From positions 1 to 30,121 of IMG/VR virus record IMGVR_UViG_3300007863_000012: DNA of 30,121 nt, one strand, 5' to 3'. A model generated the notes under the pieces. That model had not been told where the DNA came from, made no database searches, and worked only from the letters and a program-made list of their open reading frames with translations. The position numbers and the translations under genes are program-made. How positions within the stretch are numbered: position 1 is the stretch's first letter; each line of letters begins with the position of its first letter. This DNA is from a virus. Its lineage: Duplodnaviria > Caudoviricetes. Below are positions 25,301 to 30,121 of this stretch, in pieces.

Positions 25301-27405
25301 AGATTGGTACAGGATCTCCTGCACACGGCGCACAAGCAATTCGTCAATCTAAAAAGTATATCAGATACCAGTCTGGTAAAGGCATTATGTATACCACTGG
25401 TGTTAACTTTGCTCCTTCTTATGACATCAGAAGTGTTATTGCAGAAGCAACATCCATTGGATCCTCGATTGAAGTAATTACAGATGATATTGATCATGGA
25501 CTGCAAGTAGGAGCAGAAGTTGTTTTAGAAGGTATTGTATCGTCTGGTTATAATGGACACTATTCCGTTACAGAAATTACAAATGAAAATACTTTCAAAA
25601 TTGAGGCACAACAGATTTTAGAAGAAACCAATGCAAGATTTGGAACACAACCTCAAGTAGGTTTGTATGCTTGGAAAGGTGCTACTGTTAGATCTGGTTG
25701 TTTCGATGAACAGAATGGGATCTTCTTCCAATATGATGGAACCAATTATTCAGTTGGTTTGAGATCTTCTACATTCCAGTTAGCAGGAACTCTTTCGGTT
25801 GCAACTGGATCTAATGAAGTGACAGGTACAAATACTAGATTCAGAGAACAATTAAAAACAGGAGATAGAATTGTAATCAGAGGCATGACTCATGTTGTCA
25901 CGTCAGTTGAAGATAATACTACGATGTTTGTAAATCCTGACTATCGTGGAGTTGATGGAGTTACTAATACTAAAGCAGCATTTACTAGAGAAATAGTAAT
26001 TCCTCAATCTCAATGGAATCTTGATCGCTGTGACGGAACCGGCAAGTCTGGTTATAAGATCAATGTTAATAAGATGCAGATGATTGGATTCCAGTATTCC
26101 TGGTATGGTGCTGGTTTCATTGACTGGATGCTACGTGGTCCAAGAGGAGACTATATCTTCTTACACAGACTCAAGAACAACAACCTCAATACAGAGGCGT
26201 ACATGAGATCTGGCAACTTACCAGTTAGATATGAAGTTCTGAATGAAGGTCCTGGCGCAAGACTGGAATCTGATTTGACTACTCAATCTACTGATATTAC
26301 TTTAGATGATGCATCATTCTTCCCATCTTTCGGAACTCTTTATATTGATAACGAACTCATTCGTTACAACTCCAAAAATGGAAATACTCTCTCGGGTTTA
26401 ACTAGAGCATCAACATTATCTAATTTTGCAGCAGGATCTCAAAGGTCTTACACTGCCGGTAACGTTGCAGCACACACAGAAAATACTGGTGTTGTTCTTG
26501 CTAGTGTAACTGCTACTCCACAGATCAATCACTGGGGTTCTGCATTCCTGACTGATGGTAATTTTGACGAAGATAGAGGATACATTTTCTCATACAGAGT
26601 TCCAACAGTTCAAGTAGGTGTTATCAAGTCTACGTTATTCCTTATCCGTCTAGCACCCAGCGTATCCAATGCAATCATTGGAGATCTTGGCGAAAGAGAA
26701 CTGATTAACAGAGCACAGTTGCTATTGAAGAACATTGATATCGTTGTGGAGGGTGGACAGAATACACAAACGGTTATTATTGAGGGTGTTCTCAACCCAT
26801 CTAACTATCCATCAGTACCATCTGATGTTTCTTGGGACGGTTTGAACAACCAGGGTGCTGGTGGACAACCATCATTTGCTCAAATTGCTACTTCTGTTGA
26901 TTGGGGTATTCAAGAAGTTGCTATTACTGCACAAAACGCCCGTGACAACGGTAGAAGAAACTCGCATTATTTCAGTCCTAATGATATTGCTGGTGTACGT
27001 ATCGGTGATAACGTTTCTACTGTTGGTGCTGACGGTAAGAACTTCACTGGTGGTGAAACTGTTACCAATATCCAAAATGCTTGGTGGCTCCCTGGTTTAG
27101 TATACGTATCATTCTCAAGTTCGATCGACGCAGGTGCAGCAAATCAAACAACCTTTACCTTTACATCACTTGCTGGTTCTACTGCACAACCAGGTGAACA
27201 GGTATTCTCGTTTACGGCAGGTTGTGGTAGTGGAGATCGCGATGGTATTGATCTATCTGGTCTTAAGGAACTTACTAATACTCCAATCGGAGGAACAGGA
27301 GCATTCCCTAATGGACCTGACGTATTAGCAATCAACGCATTCCTATCTAATGGATCTGATGTTGATGTTACGATCAACTTGAGATGGTCCGAAGCACAGG
27401 CATAA
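22360..27405 (+). CDS. Large (1681 aa) virion structural protein with internal repeats
   Basis: GGAG site; rich in T/G/S. Four YxxGExxxIxGxxLGGxSPxNDLxIxVxTVD repeats and three HGL modules. Immediately upstream of gp13. Confidence 0.72.
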   Translation: MAKKQIKNYAFNPGVAGAGTLKFVGRYREEEILLVTNVSAGDVLSSFADASKPISLDYILVNPLSTDTDFPSAHNEADYLTIVTFLYDTTQYNSDDAIQIFTENEEQITRPWDFGTDAIERTRVAQPQSMLDADFEYGIQPTKWQSLDMFRNYPSLFEVPGTSIGISSISTDASSGTNFVGPSRITVQSVLEHGLAEGDPVNVRGVADSVFGYSKAEGSFVVAEVVSTTEFNFFAKGKVGTLQGTPLLTNFTDIKKSGFYTGAAIGTPSFSVLSQGASGSVLSDQVSPGSQSTIGLTASAVVPPTGAPVIGVGVASGSQVTANVASSFDKEVNTSFVAPASSIVLNDVTDIEVGHAVSDEGNGNVFVTNITNNEVFFTGDILSDKTGNNLSQDFHNVSPLNFGQGYGARYNVSRTSGAYSATISTLSFFQNVEPESYSGTFGSGVRFNVTIDHATSSYNNVDFTSDGVSYSATETVTILGTALGGATPANDLLITIDTVDAVGKVLTFTANGSAVATSTNPNVGLQYVAGESLVIYGTQLDGQSPDNDLKINVLTVDTGGEILTFNVTGTGIPPNQTYGGLTGSGGTGQNSSFNVERIGGGLTESQSEEITIGGVIETGDVFTVDIDGFVSAYTALSGDTITAVRNALISDINTKSIAGDIDVWATPGSTSEILHVDGLTGGVAFTITISTNDTGGASADTQTFVINQLKAASNSSGTPSYNTIIGNPGSDYSIGETITITGDQLGGTSPTHDLTINIQTVDANGSIVTFTESGAPASGDSSYDDLTAQQAATGAAIKATINDNGEYIPVVGSPGTNYNIGYELLINGSILGALSPDNDMTVTVDSVDSNGSITEVSAVGTPASGDVISFRPSITLSEPLTQSVPNSTSYSFSSIAKIEVTFASNHGLLPGSQILAAITSNGTNHALCSGPFFIDSVPSLTSLVYTSRSTGNVSISSALIGTITARSDTFYTHRPFDGGVQIGTGSPAHGAQAIRQSKKYIRYQSGKGIMYTTGVNFAPSYDIRSVIAEATSIGSSIEVITDDIDHGLQVGAEVVLEGIVSSGYNGHYSVTEITNENTFKIEAQQILEETNARFGTQPQVGLYAWKGATVRSGCFDEQNGIFFQYDGTNYSVGLRSSTFQLAGTLSVATGSNEVTGTNTRFREQLKTGDRIVIRGMTHVVTSVEDNTTMFVNPDYRGVDGVTNTKAAFTREIVIPQSQWNLDRCDGTGKSGYKINVNKMQMIGFQYSWYGAGFIDWMLRGPRGDYIFLHRLKNNNLNTEAYMRSGNLPVRYEVLNEGPGARLESDLTTQSTDITLDDASFFPSFGTLYIDNELIRYNSKNGNTLSGLTRASTLSNFAAGSQRSYTAGNVAAHTENTGVVLASVTATPQINHWGSAFLTDGNFDEDRGYIFSYRVPTVQVGVIKSTLFLIRLAPSVSNAIIGDLGERELINRAQLLLKNIDIVVEGGQNTQTVIIEGVLNPSNYPSVPSDVSWDGLNNQGAGGQPSFAQIATSVDWGIQEVAITAQNARDNGRRNSHYFSPNDIAGVRIGDNVSTVGADGKNFTGGETVTNIQNAWWLPGLVYVSFSSSIDAGAANQTTFTFTSLAGSTAQPGEQVFSFTAGCGSGDRDGIDLSGLKELTNTPIGGTGAFPNGPDVLAINAFLSNGSDVDVTINLRWSEAQA

Positions 27406-27415
27406 GGAGTAACTA

Positions 27416-28246
27416 ATGGCAGAACCCTCAAGTAGACAAGAACTCAAAGATTATTGTTTGAGGCGTCTCGGTCATCCAGTTCTTGAAATTAACGTAGATG
27501 ATGATCAACTGGATGACTTGATCGATGATGCTTTCCAATACTATAGAGAGCGTCATTTTGATGGCGTTGAACAAATGTATCTCAAGCATGAGATTACAGC
27601 AGACGATGTAGCACGTTTTGATGCAGCTGATGAAATTTCATCAACACCAGCTCCTGATGCATCTACCTGGGCAACTAGAAAAAACTTTATTGAAATTCCA
27701 GAACATATAGTTGGCATCTCCAAAGTGATGGGTATCTCATCTAACTTTGCGAGAAACAATCTCTTTGGTATGAATAACCAATACTTCCTGATGGACATCT
27801 TTTCGTTCTCATCAGGATTTGCTTTTGGTAATTTTGATATGTCAAATTACTATATGCTCAAGCAATATTTTGAGACACTTGACATGATTGTCCAGACTGG
27901 ATCATTGGTTCAGTATAGATTTAATCAAAGATCAGACAGGTTGTATCTTGATATTGATAAAGCAAGAATGATTGAAGGTAATTATTTGTTGATTGATTGT
28001 CAACGTTATCTCAATCCAGAAACTTTTACTCAAGTATATAACGATAGTTTTATCAAGCAATATCTAACTGCACTGATTAAGAGACAGTGGGGACAGAACC
28101 TAATCAAGTTTAACAACGTACAGTTACCTGGTGGTGTATCACTCAATGGCAGACAGCTATTTGAAGATGCACAAAAAGAAATTGATGCTCTTATGGAGAA
28201 GAGTTCTTCTTACTATGAACTACCTCCAATGGATATGATCGGATGA
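27416..28246 (+). CDS. gp13: Neck protein gp13 (T4-like)
   Basis: SRQELKDYCLRRLGHPVLEINVDDDQ and ALIKRQWGQNLIKF..VQLPGGVSLNG; AAGGAG site; synteny with gp14-16. Confidence 0.92.
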   Translation: MAEPSSRQELKDYCLRRLGHPVLEINVDDDQLDDLIDDAFQYYRERHFDGVEQMYLKHEITADDVARFDAADEISSTPAPDASTWATRKNFIEIPEHIVGISKVMGISSNFARNNLFGMNNQYFLMDIFSFSSGFAFGNFDMSNYYMLKQYFETLDMIVQTGSLVQYRFNQRSDRLYLDIDKARMIEGNYLLIDCQRYLNPETFTQVYNDSFIKQYLTALIKRQWGQNLIKFNNVQLPGGVSLNGRQLFEDAQKEIDALMEKSSSYYELPPMDMIG

Positions 28247-29121
28247 AGAGTATTTACTTTCCTCAACACGGTGGTGTTAACAGCGAACAATCACTCATCC
28301 AAAGTTTAATTGATGAGCAGATCAAACTGTTTGGTAGTGATGTCTACTATCTTCCTCGGAAGATGATTAAAGATATTGCACTAAACGATGTATTGTATTC
28401 CGAGTTTACTACTCAATACATGATCGAGATGCTATTGATTAATGTTGAGGGATTTGGATCACCATCTGAATTCATTAGTAAGTTTGGTTTGCGTGTCACT
28501 GACGAGATCACGATGGTGGTATCACAGAATAGATGGAGTCAAGTATTCCAAGAGTTCGCTGATATTACAACTGTAGATGGTAGACCTAACGAGGGAGACC
28601 TTATCTATCTACCACTTACTCAAGATCTATACGAGATTAAGTTTGTAGAAAGAGAAGCACCGTTCTACCAGTTAGGTCAGAACTACATTTATACATTGAC
28701 TGCAGAGATTTACGAGCTTGGCAATGACGAGTTCGAGACAGGCATCGAAGAGATTGATGTTATTGAAGAGATCTTTGCTCCTTCGATTACTCTTGCTATG
28801 GATACTGATGCAACAACTCATTATTCATTGGGTGAGATTGTAACTGGTGGCACGACAGGAACTACTGCAGAAGTATCATTCTGGGATAGAGATACTCACG
28901 AACTTAAACTCATTAATAGGAATGGTAATTTTACCCCAGGAGAATCTATCACTGGTGGTACCAGCGGAACAGTACAGACTAGTATTGATGTAGATAATCT
29001 ATCTTTAGAAAACGTCCAGTACGCCGACAATAAATATATTGAAACAACAGCTGATGATCTTCTCGACTTTACCGAGAGGAATCCATTCGGTGAATATGGT
29101 AAAGTAACTGGTGAGTTCTGA
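28243..29121 (+). CDS. gp14: Neck protein gp14 (head completion, T4-like)
   Basis: EQIKLFGSDVYYLPR, SKFGL, RPNEGDLIYLPL..LYEIKFVE..PFYQLG and DFTERNPFG. Confidence 0.92.
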   Translation: MKSIYFPQHGGVNSEQSLIQSLIDEQIKLFGSDVYYLPRKMIKDIALNDVLYSEFTTQYMIEMLLINVEGFGSPSEFISKFGLRVTDEITMVVSQNRWSQVFQEFADITTVDGRPNEGDLIYLPLTQDLYEIKFVEREAPFYQLGQNYIYTLTAEIYELGNDEFETGIEEIDVIEEIFAPSITLAMDTDATTHYSLGEIVTGGTTGTTAEVSFWDRDTHELKLINRNGNFTPGESITGGTSGTVQTSIDVDNLSLENVQYADNKYIETTADDLLDFTERNPFGEYGKVTGEF

Positions 29122-29924
29122 TGTTAGGTCCACATTTTTATAACGAAGCGATTAGAAAAACAGTAATTGGTTTCGGCACACTATTCAACAACATTGAAGT
29201 CAGAAAGTACGATCTGTCAACTGGCGACGTGATTGAAGCGGAGAAAGTTCCTCTGGCGTATGGTCCCAAGAACAAGTTCTTGACACGTCTGGAGCAGAAT
29301 CCGAGTGTTGATAATAAAGTAGCAATTACTGTACCTCGTCTCTATTTTGAGATGACTGGTATAAGTTATGATAGCGCAAGGAAGACTGCACCTACGCAAA
29401 AATATAAGACTGTCATCAATACTGATGGATCTGAAATTAAGATGCAGTATGTACCTATTCCATACAATATGGAATTTGAATTAGGTATTATTACTAAAGC
29501 ACAAGATGATGGACTACAGATTCTTGAGCAAATCTTACCTTACTTCCAACCTAACTTTAATATTACGGTCAACATGATCAGTGATATGAAAGAGAAAAAA
29601 GACATCTCCGTTGTTCTCAATGGAATAAACCATGAGGATGACTGGGATGGAGACTTTTTAAATAGAAGATTTATTACTTGGTCTTTAAACTTCACTGCCA
29701 AGTCCTACATATACGGTCCTTACAGCAACAGCGGTCTCATCAAGAAGGCAACTGTATACGAAACTATTGGAGATCCAGATCAAGGTAAGCGTGCAGTTTC
29801 TCTTACCTATACACCAAAAGCATTAGAAGATAAAAACAATGATGGTGTTATAGATTCTACTGACGACGATCTGCTTATCAGTACAGATGACTTTGGATTT
29901 AGTGAGGGCATTGAACTACTATGA
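29121..29924 (+). CDS. gp15: Tail sheath stabilizer/tail completion protein gp15
   Basis: FYNEAIRKTVIGFGTLFNNI, VPLAYGPK, QILEQILPYFQP and FTAKSYIYGP. Confidence 0.92.
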   Translation: MLGPHFYNEAIRKTVIGFGTLFNNIEVRKYDLSTGDVIEAEKVPLAYGPKNKFLTRLEQNPSVDNKVAITVPRLYFEMTGISYDSARKTAPTQKYKTVINTDGSEIKMQYVPIPYNMEFELGIITKAQDDGLQILEQILPYFQPNFNITVNMISDMKEKKDISVVLNGINHEDDWDGDFLNRRFITWSLNFTAKSYIYGPYSNSGLIKKATVYETIGDPDQGKRAVSLTYTPKALEDKNNDGVIDSTDDDLLISTDDFGFSEGIELL

Positions 29925-30121
29925 ATGAATTTGAAAAGAACATGGAAGATATTTTTGATATTGAAGTCGAAAAAGATGAGACAGAAATTCAACCATCCAA
30001 GCCTGTTCCCAAAAAAGAAGAGAAGGATCACCAGGATAAAGATTATGAATATACCCGTGGGCAATTATACAACCTCATAGACAAGGGTCAGGAGGCGTTC
30101 AACGGGGCGTTAGAGGTTGCA
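29921..30121 (+). CDS. gp16: Terminase small subunit gp16 (5' part; runs off the window, absent from the ORF track)
   Basis: ATG 29921 overlaps the gp15 stop (ATGA). Reads MNEFEKNMEDIFDIEVE...DKDYEYTRGQLYNLIDKGQEAFNGALEVA. DYEYTR..LY.LI.KGQEA is typical of cyanophage gp16; synteny after gp15. Confidence 0.85.
   Translation, partial: MNEFEKNMEDIFDIEVEKDETEIQPSKPVPKKEEKDHQDKDYEYTRGQLYNLIDKGQEAFNGALEVA

Noticed and set aside
22246-29036. Internal late-promoter variants GATAAATA (22246-22253) and AATAAATA (29029-29036)
   Set aside because: One-mismatch octamers inside coding sequence are expected by chance in AT-rich DNA; plausible but unsupported.
29807-30064. 85-aa minus-strand ORF with a hydrophobic stretch
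   Set aside because: It is antisense to gp15 and gp16; the hydrophobicity mirrors their purine-rich codons.
1-30121. tRNA, rRNA, intron or intein
   Set aside because: Intergenic gaps are all under about 100 nt with no cloverleaf seen; no interrupted conserved gene or intein/homing-endonuclease motif noticed. A covariance-model search was not run.

Overview
This window looks like part of the late (virion structural) region of a T4-like myovirus, most probably a marine cyanophage-type genome. The assignment rests on TATAAATA late promoters, intrinsic terminators and the gp13-gp14-gp15-gp16 neck/tail-completion/terminase order at the right end. The left half encodes a 2323-aa repeat protein, fibre and adaptor proteins, three paralogous Cys/Gly-rich proteins and a tail-fibre-chaperone-like protein. 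Between the structural genes sits a 7-gene sugar cassette (15768-21105): a GT9-like heptosyltransferase, a NodU/CmcH carbamoyltransferase, split HldC and HldA, a small HAD phosphatase, a cupin and an inverted HldD. It could form a self-contained pathway that makes ADP-heptose and transfers a possibly carbamoylated heptose, with the cupin and HAD perhaps replacing GmhA and GmhB. Its late structural context suggests virion glycosylation, but that is inference. All family calls come from motif recognition by eye; no database searches were run.
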